The position numbers and the translations under genes are program-made. The notes below the pieces were generated by a model that saw nothing but the letters and a program-made list of their open reading frames with translations, was not told where the DNA came from and did no database searches. From positions 68,448,001 through 68,512,000 of the forward strand of contig OX597823.1 of assembly GCA_951406725.2 (NCBI GenBank): DNA of 64,000 nucleotides, read 5' to 3'. Shown one piece after another: positions 25,645 through 39,300 of this stretch (position 1 is the stretch's first letter; the number at the start of each line of letters is the position of its first letter). The stretch is from Octopus vulgaris. Lineage: Eukaryota.

Positions 25645-25763
25645 CCTTAATAAAAGCTGGATATCCTTAGAACGAAGAAAATGTCTCAGAAAGAAAACAT
25701 CCTCTTCATTTGCAGATAGTCTGTGCTGGAGCTCAGCAAGGGAAGCCACAAGATTCTGTATAT
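25645..25763 (-). CDS. MPP7: Internal coding exon: first L27 domain of a p55-subfamily MAGUK (MPP7/metro-like)
   Basis: Acceptor ttttgccttcttcttttaaacag|AT and donor AGG|gtttgt; 119 bp, phase 1 to phase 0, open frame (x)IQNLVASLAELQHRLSANEEDVFFLRHFLRSKDIQLLLR. It aligns ungapped with the L27N of MPP7 as I recall it ([39 protein letters not shown]). Paralog assignment (MPP7/3 vs MPP5/2/6) is tentative. Confidence 0.78.
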
Positions 25764-27014
25764 CTGTTTAAAAGAAGAAGGCAAAATTCAGTATGTAACA
25801 TTCTTTGTTCTTGATAGCATTCTTATAATTAGCCTAGAGTTAACAAGTTCAGATCCCTTTATGTATTCTGGAAATAACAGAAAAATCTTAGCAAATTTTT
25901 CAGACTGAATATTGAAATTTAATAGAAAGCAAATTTACTTTCCTTTGAATATGTAACGTGAAAATTTGCTCAATTCATAATTTATAACTACTCTTATCAT
26001 TATTCATATTATAATGCTTTATTAAGTTTTGTAAAAAGAAAATTGTATAGGCAGTTATATTTTCATATGTATTATATAAATATAGGAAAGATATCATAGA
26101 TATAACTTAGGTATATGCATATATATTTTTCATTATATTGGTGCACATAGCTGCACATATCTATGTATATATACACACAATATTTGACTATTAATTCAAG
26201 TGAAACTAGTGATATTTAATTCTTTCAAGATAAGTAATGTAATTAGAATTTATCTTTCGATTATTAAAGATTAATTCTAGCTTATATAAGATCCATAGTT
26301 AGTATTGTAACATATAATATTATGATGTATGAGATTGTGAAGACATGAAAAAAGAAAAATATCCATGAAAACTCAATGTAATTCAAATGCCAGTTGGGCT
26401 ATGTATTAAATTCAACACAATAAATGGAGGAATTTTTAAAAAATAATTGAGAGGGAAAGGGAAAACAGATAGTTGACACTATTTGCTATTTGAGATATTA
26501 AAGACTTACAAGAGAAATAAACTTGTATTTATATCATCATATCAGAGACATTTGTTATGTAAATTCTTTTAAGAAGTATAAATTTTGATAGAAATTGTAT
26601 TTTTAATAAAAATGTATGAGCAAATATACATTTGCTCTCATAATTTAATGGTTACATTGTTGCAGCTGGAAGATGTAATTATTTCTGTATAAAGTATGAT
26701 GAGAAATCAAAACCTATTTTTCAACAAGGTTATATATATATATTCTCATACAGCCTCAAGTGTGCATTGTGCGTGAGTGTGCGTGTGTGTGTGTTACTGA
26801 GTGAACATATTACTTGAAAACTGTTATATGCTAACTCAATAACAAAGAAAAACTAAGAATAATGCAAGATTACAAAACTGTATAAACAACATTTATATAC
26901 TTAGGGTAGAGCATACACTTACATACTGCTTTGTATATAAATGCAAGCTACAGATTAGCCTTCAGATGTACAATGAAATAAGCCCACTGAAAATAGATTC
27001 TAATGAAAGCACAA

Positions 27015-27245
27015 TGACGGAATCTCTATATAGCCACTAAACTTGGTAGAAATACCATCTTAAAAGAAGGCAGACATTTCGAAAATAGCAGCCAAATCTC
27101 TCTCAAATTATATCCTATCAGCTGTAAGAAAAAGACATATTGTCTGAAGAAAAAGACAAACTGTCTGAAGAACTGGAAATGTCATGGCTAGAATAAGTTT
27201 TTGATCTTATGTCTATTCAATGTTGATCTGGGCCTAAAGAATGAC
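27015..27245 (+). repeat. Family C interspersed repeat
   Basis: gaaaatagcagccaaatctctctcaaatt...gtcatggctagaat..tttgatc..tgatctgggcctaaa. Confidence 0.55.
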
Positions 27246-27464
27246 AAAAAAGTAATTAAAATCTGAATGTAGATTAAACAGAAATCAATAACATTATTAA
27301 ATTCAACATTACTTAATTGTTATTGTGTTAAAAAATATTAGTAACTGATAATTGGTTCTGGATATTCCAAAGTTGTTGTCATGCTTGCTTTCTATGAATT
27401 GTAAGATGAGAAAAGGTATTTTTATTGTTAAAAGAAGCTTATAGAACTATATCAGGTCACCTCT

Positions 27465-28400
27465 ATTAGCCATAAACGGCTTATATTCTTCATCATCTTC
27501 ATTAACTCCTGACACCCTACATTACAATACATATCCATCATGTCTACCATCAGTATTAACTTGTTGGACATCTTAATTTTTCATTGACTACCATCAACTC
27601 TTTCGACCTCAGTTTCACTTACTCCATCAGTTCTTATACCTCTGTAATCTTTGTAATTGAGATTCCAACTTCAAGGCTCAATCACATCACATAGTCTTCT
27701 ACTTTCTATAACTGTTGAGGCTGCATGTCATTGTTATTGACAATACCACTGTCTTTACTATTAACCATACATTCATCTTTACCATTGACTACATCCTGCA
27801 TGTACCCCATTACCAACCACCTTCACTTCCTTCTGATTCTCTGTCTTGCAACCTTATTTCTTCAGCACACCATCCCTTCTGTCCCCTTTCTAGCTTCTCT
27901 TTATATCTTTCCTAAATACACTCTCTTTTCCTTCAGGTGTGATCATAATCTGCATAACTTTCTGATTCACAACTCCTGCATTTCTCACACTATCTAACAG
28001 ATTCTTTGCCTGATCCTGATGTAATCCAAATCTCATTATATAGAACATCGCCACCCAATAAAGACCTAGTTCATTTTCCATGCCATGAACTACTTCACCT
28101 ATACCTCAAACATCATGATAAATATATAAAATGCCAATACTGCGGCTTATTGTGTGTTGGAGAAACTATCTGATGGCTGACTGATGATTTTACAGAATAC
28201 TTAATGTAGCAACACTGGATCATTCAAATCTGTAGTTTTTCACTCCAATTTTCTAGACCGCAACCACCTTTATCTTATCATTTGAAGCATTTTAAACATT
28301 GCCATCTCCCACTTGGACCATAATTGATTTTCTGATAATAAGGCAGCTGTCCCATTTAGGATTAATAATTAAGGTGTTTTCCACTAAAATTCTACCTTTT
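27465..28400 (+). mobile_element. Penelope-like element remnant (RT C-terminus plus GIY-YIG endonuclease)
   Basis: S*HPTLQYISIMSTISINLLDI (cf. HPTIKFT...SINFLDV, ~27505-27572); FTYTSN...KCQYCGLLCVGETI*WLTDDFTEYL (cf. C..C...YVGET.R.L..RF.EHL, ~28090-28205); C-terminal L..LG.N-like motif ~28340-28370. Confidence 0.75.
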
Positions 28401-29867
28401 CATATAAAGTACACTCTACACAATTTGATATATGCCATTGCATGCACTTCACCTTTCCCCTTTTCTTCACTTACACATTCATATATAAACCATTCTACTA
28501 AACTACCACAAATGAATACACACTACTTACACTGTTAGAACCACTGACATAGCTGCAGATCAAATCTATATCTATTCTTTAGCACATGTGCATATACACA
28601 CACAACCTATGATACACTTCATTTCTCACTTTTTATGCTCTTTTTATCTCAACCATACAACACTACACCATGTTCACATCTTTCATATACACACATAATG
28701 TACACAAAACTAACTTACCTCTCATTCACCCACACAATACAAACAATCTAGCCACACACTGGACTATTTATTGCTCACATAACTTAATATGTTAATATAT
28801 ACTTCATAACATCTTACCACACTTATATTGCTATATCCCCTTCCTCCATTTAATGCAAACTTCCATTCTATCCACTTCCACTAAACTATTTATCATGCTG
28901 TTCTCTTTCCTTGACAAAAGATCACCATCAACAACATTGAATTTATCTGCTCCTTTCCTCACAGCATAACTTTGTTCTCTTGTTCATGTTGTCTTTAACA
29001 TTCTTTTGCTTTGCATTGTGACTCTATTTGGATATTCCATAACCGCACTGATGCTAACTAGCCATGTTACCACTGGATTTATATATAAATCAATTTTAAC
29101 TTTTAGTATTTTCCTTTCTTCCTCAAGTAATTACAAATGTTTCATAATGATACATTTGTCCATTTGATTTCATTAAGATATACATGTGTGTATGTGTGTG
29201 TGTGTGTGTTTGTACATATATTTTCTTCCAAAACATTCAATTAATTACATGTAGTGAAAAATCAAATTAAATATCACATGGAAATTTTTGATTACATCAA
29301 AACAGAAAATTATATTTTCAATGTTCACGTAATTAACTGGAATATAAATTCAAATAAAAAATGAAATGTGATCAAAGAATGACTTATTTTGCTTAAACAA
29401 ATACCACACATCTAACAATATTTCCCCACCTAAGAAATGATAACTTCACATGTTTTAATAACATAATTATCAAGATTTGATATACACAGCATAGCAATGT
29501 TGAACCCCGAGGTTAAAATTCTAAATATATTTGCTTTTGCAGGGAGGAAGATAGAAATAACAAAAGTTCTAAATCAAATACTATTAAATGACAAAATGAG
29601 ATGATGGAAGAATATCATCAAAAATTATGAACTTTACAGTCTATAAAATGAATGTTGTAACTTTTACCATGTGAAACTAAGCTAATTTCTTTATTATTGT
29701 ACTAAAAGTTCATTACTCATCTCTGAATAACTAAAAACAAAATATATAAAACATTCTGAGTGAACTAAAACAAAATTTATGAATAGTGATTGTTGTTGCA
29801 GGCTTTGATTTTTGATTTGGCATAAGTACACATACTAATAACATATGAAAAGAATAAGTAAAATCAC

Positions 29868-29892
29868 CAGATTTCCAAATTAAAGCATTCAT
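29868..29892 (-). CDS. Candidate start-codon exon portion for the MPP7-like gene (MNALIWKS + G|AT)
   Basis: gccATGa context; 8 codons plus 1 nt, then donor TG|gtgatt. Phase 1 is compatible with the L27 exon. Short and could be chance. Confidence 0.25.
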
Positions 29893-30119
29893 GGCCCTAG
29901 CATCATCACAGTTTACATATGGGAACAGGCAAAAAAAGTAAGCATAAGGAGAAATCATATGACATTTACCCTACAAAATTATATGTGATGTGAAACACAA
30001 CCTAATATGTCTAACAGAAAGTGTCAAATAATGATTTTTATGCATGATAAAAACTTCAAAAGTCTAACAAAAACAATTAAGCAAAAGCAGAAATTAATAT
30101 TCCTTCCACAGTGTACAGG

Positions 30120-31155
30120 ATAACAGCAAGATCCTCCTACAAAATGTTCTGCATCTTCTTGAGAGATCACTGCGGTAATGATTTTACACTGCTATCGTGG
30201 GCAAGTGCTAAATTTTGCTGCACAGCTGAAAGTCCTCTGTGCAGTAATATATTGTGTGCATAGTGCTTTACAACCAATAGTCACTGAGCTTCAGCATCAT
30301 TTTCATCAAATCAGTCTCTGTGTCTGGCAGTAGCTTATCCCAGCGTTTCAGCAGTACATTGAAGAACCTGGTCTCAAAAACCTTCCCATACTGTAGTATT
30401 TTCAATGCTAGACAAGCGAGTCTGAAGTGCTTTCCTCAACACAGCATCATATATCTTGTGGACATTCAGATGCCGAGGAATGCCAACAGGCCCTCTTCTC
30501 TCTTTCACTCTAATCCTCATTGCAACTTTGCTCGCACCAGACTGTAGTCTGTCCAACATTCCAATCCATGGAAGGACTTAACATTGCAAATGTCATAGAT
30601 GTCACACTTGCAGATGAAGACATAATCCAGCAAGAGCCAAACTTTAGATCTTGGATGCATCCACATTGTTGTGCAATCACCTTTGTGCATAAAATGAGTG
30701 CTTGCGATGTAAAGTTGACGTTCATTGCAAAGCTCCAGGAGCATGAGACCATTGCTATTCATTTTCCCTACACCAAAATGTCCTAGAGACTTCCATGTTT
30801 ACCAGTCTGTTCCAACCCTGGCATTGAAATCCCCCAGTAGAATGACTATATCAGAATTGGGGATTTTCCTAAGTATGGCTCTCAGATGCATATAAAAAAT
30901 AGTTTTATCTTCATCAGAATTAGTCAAAGAAGGTGCATAGACACTTATTAGAGCTGCAAACCACCCACCTTTCAGGTGCAATCGTAAAGTCGTTAGACAT
31001 TTATTTATAAGAACAGGAAGCTCCTCCAATTTCTTAAGGATATCTGATTGAACTGCAAAGCCAACAGCAGACAGTCTGCACTCCTTCAGCCTCCCCTTCC
31101 AAAAAAGGTGTATCCACCTCCTACTTCCTCAAGCTGACCATCACCTTCTATACAA
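30120..31155 (-). mobile_element. RTE-clade (BovB-like) LINE fragment, APE endonuclease
   Basis: LISVYAPSL...K..FY..L...ILLGDFNARVG; NSNGL.LLELC...TxMHPRSK.W.LLDY...CWTD..LVR. Confidence 0.92.
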
Positions 31156-31171
31156 GTCTATATATAGACTT

Positions 31172-31318
31172 GTATATGCAAGAGTGGTTGCATCATAAGC
31201 AGCTTGCTTTCCAACCACATGGTCCCAGGTTCAGTCACACTGCATGGCAACTTGGGCAAGTATCTACTGCTATAGACTTGGGCTGACCAAAGCCATGTGA
31301 GTGGATTTGGTAGACGGA

Positions 31319-31376
<58 letters not shown>

Positions 31377-31585
31377 ATTTGTGTTTGACCCCCACCATCA
31401 CTTGACAACTGATGTTGATGTGTTTACATCATTGTCACATAGCAGTTCAGCAAAAAGAGACTGAGAGAATAAGCATTAGGCTTACAAAGAATAAGTCCTG
31501 GGATTGATTTGTTCGACGAAAGGTGGTGCTCCAGTGTAGTCACAGTCAAATGACTGAAACAAATAAAAGAATAAAAGCAAAGAAT
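31172..31585 (+). mobile_element. Family A SINE with internal (AT)n
   Basis: cttgctttccaaccacatggtcccaggttcag...gtgagtggatttggtagacggaaa-(TA)n-...tgactgaaacaaataaaagaataaaa. Confidence 0.88.
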
Positions 31586-31882
31586 GTGTGTGTTGTGTGT
31601 GTTAATGTTTGCTTTTATGTTCAGTTATAGTAAAAAGCAACAATTTTATATTAATCTGATGTGTCATTCTATACTTTCATAGAGTGAAAATTTATTATTT
31701 TTAAACAAAAATGCTGTTGATAGTGACTTCGAAATTTCAGCCAGTTAAGTCATCTGATGATGCAAATATTAATGGTCTTTGATATTTTGAATATACTTTC
31801 TAAGAAATAGAAACCAGGAAAACTTCAATTACAGGAACATGAACACTTTTGTGGAAGCCAAGGAAACGTGTGGATGTGTGTG

Positions 31883-31986
<104 letters not shown>

Positions 31987-32264
31987 GATCACCATTTTAC
32001 AGCTTGCTCTTGTAAGTTAATATGAACTAGAAAGCTTTCAAAGAATCTCTCCACTCATTGTCAGCTGGCAGAGAAACAGATACTTTTGCTATTGTCTGTG
32101 CATTTATTTCATTTTATTGTGCTACTATCAACAGAGATGTTATCATCAGAGAGATAACAAAAAAAAAAAAAAAATGAGTCCTCTTTAACCTATCTTTAAA
32201 ATATGTATACAAATACACATTCGTTCTCTTATACATGGTTACATACACCTGTAAAAAGTGCAGA

Positions 32265-32688
32265 GAGTCTAATGCTTGTGTACAAAGTGCAATATTGTAC
32301 AGTAGCAATATATGGGCATAAACTGAAGAGGAATGCAAAAGCTGAAAAGAAAAAGCATGCATGCACTGCTGAATGTGTAATGTTAGTAGATATGAACAGC
32401 AAAGCACAAATAAACAGAGAGCACAAGAGATATAGCTGCACTGGTACAGATGTGCAATGTATACAGAGAATAACAGAAGGGGAAAAAGGTTTCTAGGAAT
32501 CCAAGAGGAAGGAAGCTGCTGATGAGGAGAACTTGAGAAGACATGGGAAGAGGTGGTGAAAGCCAATCTCAGGAGGTTGAACTTCATCAAAGAGTTAACA
32601 AGGAATTGCAACAAGTGGTGTGATGCTGTGGTGGAGGAAACCCAGCCAACCCAAGCAAAAATGGGGAAAAGGATGTAGAATGATTATA
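32265..32688 (+). mobile_element. RTE LINE 3' fragment
   Basis: NACVQSAILYSS..W (cf. YDACV..AMLHGSETW) and KTWEEVV..; 3' end ccaacccaagcaaaaatgg...gatgtagaatga resembles the tail of the 39301 and 62067 copies. Confidence 0.75.
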
Positions 32689-33659
32689 TACATCGATACA
32701 ATATGCTATGTTACTAGTTGTGTATAACATTTTGCTTTCTTTTTGAAACATTCTTTTATAAAATCACAGAAAAATTTGCATTTTCTAAATTTTGTATTGA
32801 AACAAATAAGCCTTGTGAAAATTACAGCTCCAGCAATCAAGCAAATGCCTTTTAGAGTTAATATATTTTCATGAAAAATCATTGCTACAACTTCAGAAAT
32901 ATTAGAAACTAAGGCATCGAATAGAAATCATAAATTTGTTTGGAATTACAAATTTCAATCTAATTATGAACTTTATCATTTTAGAGTAAAGCAGCTATAA
33001 ATGAAATAAAGATATATAGTTACAAGGTTGCTTATATATTCTTAAATACTTCAAAGATTAGCTTTTATTTTCGTTTGCTGATAACATAGATGTTGCATAA
33101 AAGCTAAGATACATTAAGGATCTCAACAAAATTTTCTTAAACTTCAACTACACACACATGCTTATATACACTTACGTGTACACAGAAAAGCTAAACTTAT
33201 TTACATAATATATATATTTTGCTTACATTACTTTTTGAATTTCTAAACATTACTTTAGAGTTAGCTATTTGCAGTACTGAAACCTGAAGGCAACATCATT
33301 TGAACACTACTCGCATGTTCCTGTTTTGTTACTTTGTATCCTTATTATTTATCAGTCTCAAACTATTAAATAACTGTAAAAGGTAAACCTGTTTTATATT
33401 GTTTTTATATTGGTTACCAGAAATTATGAAAGTATGATATAATACATTCTAAAATTCTGTTTCATTTCATTGATTAAATAACTGAAAGCAATATTATCAA
33501 ATATACTATTAATTTTCTTGTGTATTTAGTTGCACTTCCTTTTCTTCTACCTTTGAGTTTATCTGCAAGAACAGAATATACTCTATTGAGTTTACATCTT
33601 GGAAAGCATATTCTCTTTCATGTAAATATATATGGCAGTTAATTAGCACCAGATCAACT

Positions 33660-33845
33660 CTCTAAATGATTACATGCTAGAAATAGCACCAAATTCCCTC
33701 AAATCAAACACTACCATCTCACAAAAAATGAAGAATTCATTAGAGAGCAGAATCCTAGACTTACAAAATACTGAGTTATTACATTTGGAATGCCTTTGAT
33801 CTTAGGATTGCTCAATCAGGGCTGATCTAGGATTAAATAACAGTC
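33660..33845 (+). repeat. Family C interspersed repeat
   Basis: gctagaaatagcaccaaattccctcaaatcaaacac...ggaatgcctttgatc...atcagggctgatctagg. Confidence 0.55.
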
Positions 33846-34357
33846 TAGCAAAGCACTACTCCTAGTGACATCGACAGTATATTTTGCATTAAGTGCAAAA
33901 ACATATATATATTTTCCAAACTAAATCAGCTATATTAATTATAATTTTTAGTCTTCCCAGCTTTTATCACCTGATCTTATTTCATTTTCTTTACTGTAAT
34001 TGTATTCCCATCCTAATATATGTACAAGGTAATCCATGACAAGTCAAATATTTTTATTTAATCAACTTGCTTCTTTATGCGACAATGTATTCTTCTCTTC
34101 TAAAAGTTTCAGCGTATACATTTTTCTAAAAGTTACATTGTTAAAATTCCTTACTGACCAATATTATATATATAATTCCTTACTAACCAATGTTATATAT
34201 TTTATCACTTTAATTCCAAAGTATTTTAAGTAACATGTATTGGTGAAGTTCATTCAAACTGCTGACTCTTTGCTTGCTTACGATGAAACAAACATCTATT
34301 CTGCAGTAAAATTATTTTACCACATAGTTAGGTTTGAACTGTAACCTAACAGCCTTC

Positions 34358-34720
34358 CTCATCATCATCACCATTTTATATCTGTTTTTCTTTGCATACA
34401 TAGGATGGATGAGTCTTCTCAAGTACAGCGACTTACTGCTTGTTGCAGTTCTTCGTCTTGTTCATGTAGTTCAGCTTCCTGAAATGTTTCTGGCAACTCC
34501 TTCCCATTTTTCCTTAGTCTTCTGCTCACACTACTACCTTTTACTTGGATCATGTGTGGTATTCTTTTACTCAACTATCAACTTGCTGAGAGCATTTCTT
34601 TACATGCTTCCATGATACTCACAAACCATTCATCTACATCTAGTTTTCTTAGTGCCTATCAGACTACAAAGCATGATACAATGAACTTTTCCAGATCAGT
34701 GAATGCTAGTTGGACAATCC
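34358..34720 (-). mobile_element. RTE LINE 3' fragment
   Basis: (ATC)n tail at the left end; minus strand carries a GR..K.WE.V-like C-terminal motif; homologous to 32265-32688. Confidence 0.65.
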
Positions 34721-34879
34721 TGGGGTCATTTCCCTGAAGTGAGCTCACTGAATAAGACTTGGTGTGGGAACTTTGATTCTTCCAGTCTTGCTACATGCCC
34801 TAGCCATCAAAGATGGTGTTCCATTATCAGTGATTTGATACATTGGCTGTTGGCTCTTTCCAGGATTTTCTAGTTGGTC

Positions 34880-35205
34880 ACATATCATGACCAACTCAAA
34901 GCAACACTGAAAGCCACTGAACCTAAATCGTTTCAAACTCATGCCCAACACCGTACCAAGAGGCAGTGTTCCATCACCATTGGAACCAAAAACTTCAAAG
35001 CCACCAGAAGAGAAAAGGAAGAGATCAAACAACAGAAGAGAAAGGCTCGACAAAATCAACCTCATCCTCCACTAACATTACCATGCAGTCAATGCCATCA
35101 ACTCTTCTATGCAAGAACTGATCTATAGAGTCATCAATGATCTCACCATAAAGGAAGCGTTAAGCAAAGAAGAAACTAAATTCTCAGATACAAGATAAAG
35201 CTGCC
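34880..35205 (+). mobile_element. RTE/BovB-like LINE 3' end with C2H2 finger
   Basis: YHDQLKATLK...AQHR...G...F...R...K...RK...PCSQCHQLFYARTDL*SHQ*SH. Confidence 0.8.
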
Positions 35206-36574
35206 ACCCCCACTGCTGATTGCTTGTAATGTTTGTTCTTTGCTGAGAACATTTTCTGTAACTGTCTCACTTATAAAAAGACATCAGTGATGCCATGTCT
35301 GAACTTCATTAAATCTAAGCTAATTTTTTTCTTAATGACTTATGCAATAACTCCTTTTTCTGTCTTCTATAATTTGATCCATTAGTTTGATGCTTCTGTA
35401 GTTGTTTGTTTCTAGAGTATTCTCTCTCCATTTTTAGCTGTTAATTGTGATACTACTACACCAGTCATTAGAATATTTATAGTGACAAATAGTGATGAAC
35501 AACATGGTACTTCAAATTATTGATTTAAAGAGAAGTTGTGACTTTTCTTATCATTAAAAATTTATTTATTGTAGTATCTACCTCTCCTATCATTTTCTTT
35601 TTTCTCTTTCAACTACGAGAATAGTTCACTTATTTTCTCTCTATTTGAATTGGGAAGGAGTACAAGGTATTGTTTCTTGCTTAATGTAAAGCATAGGGTG
35701 AAAGTTTAAATCCAGTTAAAGTTTAGTATTCTCTACTGTATTTATGAACAAAATTTTTTCTTTCTCCCATCATTGTTATAAATCTCCAATATAAAGCATA
35801 GGGTGAAGGTTGTTTTAGTAGCTAGAATTTGGAAAACCATCCAAACATTAAATCAAAATAGTGAATGTGGAATGCATAACTGATATAAGTTATGGAGAAA
35901 AGCAACATTTCGTTATTATGTAAGCAACTGGATTTATAAGTGCATTTCATGCATACTACATATACTTCGGTTAGATGGTTCCAAACAGAAACTGAAATGA
36001 AAGTGTTAATCATAAAATATTTTAGTAGGTAAAGCTGAACGAGACAAAATCGAACTGATTTACCAGATGGCTAAGTTTAGATGAAGTGGAACCAACCATA
36101 AATACATTCTATATCATATGCTCAGCTGCTAGTATTTATTACTATATTTCTGCATCTGAAATGCATAAACTCTGTTCACAGCGTATAGGTCAAAAAGGTT
36201 TCCAATTATTTGTTTAAGTCTTTATTATAAATTCATCAACATCATTTGCTTTTGACATTAAAAATAAAATGGGAACATACAAATGGTGTTAGAATTGGGA
36301 ATATATATATATATATAAAATGTTGCTATATTCAAAGTTTTCTAGGTTGAAAAATGGTTCTGAGCAGAAAAGTCTAACCTAAATTAGCACAAACTGATAA
36401 GCTTTAAATGAAATTATCAAAGCATGAAAATAAATCTAGAACTTATAAGAAAAAATATGATGAAATAATTGGTTCTCAGAATAAAGTTAAAAGTAAATAA
36501 CAATACCCATATGAAAGTTTAAATTTTTATTTATACATTATATTATTTTTTAAATGGTTTCTGTTGGGAAAGAA

Positions 36575-36900
36575 TTGTCCATAGCCCTTGAATATTGTCC
36601 AAGGCAAGTAAAATCAATACAGTTGATATTTCTGAATGATAGTAAGTTGATGACTAGGAAAAAATATGAGCAGAGGAGAAATTCAAGAGGGATGATGTTC
36701 TGGGGAAAGCAAAAATTGGAGATGTTTTCAGAGTAGGTTGAAGAATAGTGGGTAGTGGAGTGGGCTTGGGTGGAGATGATATGACACCAGGTAGCCTAGG
36801 GAGCAAAGACCATTGTAAAAGTGGTAGAAATAGCACATCTGTGGTCCAGAGTTTAGGTTGGATATTTTGGTGGCTGACTCTATTTCAATTAGTCAATTAG
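36575..36900 (-). mobile_element. Possible Penelope-like RT remnant
   Basis: Minus-strand YSENISNF (cf. TENIS.F.D) and DFT.L..NI-like words; heavily decayed. Confidence 0.3.
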
Positions 36901-37609
36901 CCCATTTTAGAGCACAGTATAATGCTTTAAATATGCCAATCTTTCTAACTAAAAAAAATATTACGATCCCACTTTGTGATTGTATTGTTGATACCAAGAA
37001 CAAAATCTTTCTATAAAATATGTTTCCAAGAAGACATTCAAAAGTCAAAATTGCCAGAAGAAAACAGAACAAAAATGCATTAAAAAAATCAGAAAGAAAC
37101 TACCTAACAATTATATTCATCTAGATAAGAAAATGTCAGAGTATGTGATATTAGTAAAGACTGATGAAAAAAAAAATGTTTGTTGATGTTAAGAAAAAGT
37201 GAAAATAAAACAACTATCATGATAACGACGTGTATTTGGTATTTATGATAAGTAACTCAAGCGATAAAGTGTACGTAGAATATTTTAAAGCTCTCACATA
37301 AATGTCAATCATAAGTAAAAGTCATATGGATACATTAGCTGCACATGTTTGAATGTTAGGGAGAAAGAGAGAAGAAAGAGAATGAGAAAAGAAGGTGAGC
37401 ACAATTGAATATAAGAAAGGTCTGAGCTATACTTATATACGTTTTATGCTACATTTTGTGAACAATTGCATCACGGGTTATAGGTTTCCAATGGGCAAAT
37501 CACTGGTTTACTGCATTTCCAATAATGTGAGTGACAAGAGAGTATCTGTGTAACTTGGCTGAAATAAATACCACAAGATGGTTTTATATGCCAATAAATT
37601 TTTCTCTGA

Positions 37610-37810
37610 CACACAAGCACACAAATATGACAGGTTTATACAGTTTGTGTGTACTAAATTTCAGTAACAAATCATTGTTCAAGACAAGGATATGATAGCA
37701 GACACTTTTGCAAGGTACTGTGTAGCAAAATTGAATCTGAAATCAGCGGGTTCCAAAGCTGTGAAGTGGAATTGAATCTAAAACCACATGGGTACAAGAT
37801 AATTTCCCTA
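37610..37810 (-). mobile_element. Degenerate family A SINE head
   Basis: cagtttgtgtgtactaaatttc..acaa...atagcagacacttttgcaaggtactgtgtagc..attgaatc. Confidence 0.5.
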
Positions 37811-39300
37811 ACCCATCCATGTATCCTGTACCCATGTTTTTGTTTTGTATTATATATATTTTTTGCTAATACATGAGTGAATTCCATTTTCACATCCAAT
37901 GCAGGGAATAAGAAATCTAAAATACTCTAGGGAATATATATGTTGTGTTTAAAATAGAATGTTAGTCTCCAACCAAAATTTTGTAGAAAAAAATAATTTA
38001 GCTTCCTTTGATACAATAGAACAAAAAGGAATTTTATCAGAATACTTGCAGTGGAAAAAAAAGAGAATTATAAATATACTCTAAATAAGAAACTTATTTA
38101 GGTGATTTTGCTATAATATATCAAAGATGCATTTTTCTGATCAGTTGTGATGTTTTAGCCTTTCGTTTTACTACCATATAAAAACAACGTTTTTCTTTAT
38201 AATCAACAGAGGGTGAGAATGTCAGATGAAAGGATATAAGCAATTAGGATTTTGAAATTAAATGCAAGAATAGATGGAAATATATAGAGGCGGTGTATTT
38301 TCAGAAAAAAATTGTTAGGAGAAGCGAATGAATATCCTTTGGGGTAGACTTTAATAATAAGAAACAGTATATCAATACAAAAGCTATTTGCAACAAGTTT
38401 GGATAAAAAAATTTATTATAGACAATTTGGCATATCAAGCAAAATATAGTTCTTTTGAATGAATTGAGTATATTTGTTTACTTTCATAATACTCATAGTT
38501 TTATGCTTGTAGTCTTAAACCAAAGTAGAATACACAGTAGAGAATTGCCTCAAGTTCAAAATATTTCCATAGATGTATTTACCTCCATAAATATTTATAT
38601 AGTTATCACTTAACTAATCAACACTCTACCTCCAAAAGCAGTTTAAAAATGAAAAATCCCTACCCTTCACTGCTTGTGGTTACCATAGGAAAGATATAAA
38701 GCTGAAAGATTTTAATCCAAAGCACATAGAAGATTATTATAAGCAAATCCTTAATTTCATTAGTTTCTGAAATATTTTACAGAGGAAATCAATAAATATC
38801 TAAACCAAATTCCTTTTCAGGAATTAAAATTGTAGTCATATTTTTAACTGTGGATATTTTGCATGTCTTTGAATATGCATCTGAAGTTCACTGTAAATAT
38901 AATTTTTTAAAATAGATATATGTGTATCAGTCACTCTACTGGCATGTGTGTCTTCCTGAAGATGAAAAGATAGATATAAGGAGATAAGAAAGCACTCATG
39001 AGGAAAGATAGATAAATTGTGTTATACTTCACATTTTAGAAAGTTTGTTAAATGTGATTTGAATGTTAATGAAAAATGTTATTTAATTATGATAATAATT
39101 TTTATTAGTTTATGAAGACTGCTGCTTAAATTGATAGCATGTTGAACTGCTGATTGAAATGCCAGCAATTTGTGCTCTTGCACAGTTGTAAAACCTATCA
39201 CCCTGAAACACAATTATACAGTTATGGAACTGATAAGGGCTTACTTAGTTTAATTGCTCAAGATCTACTATTTGAAATCTTCAAGGAGTGATTTTTCTTT

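Noticed and set aside
28900-28980. Hammerhead ribozyme in the Penelope 3' region
   Set aside because: No intact CTGANGA...GAAA core or supporting stems could be found.
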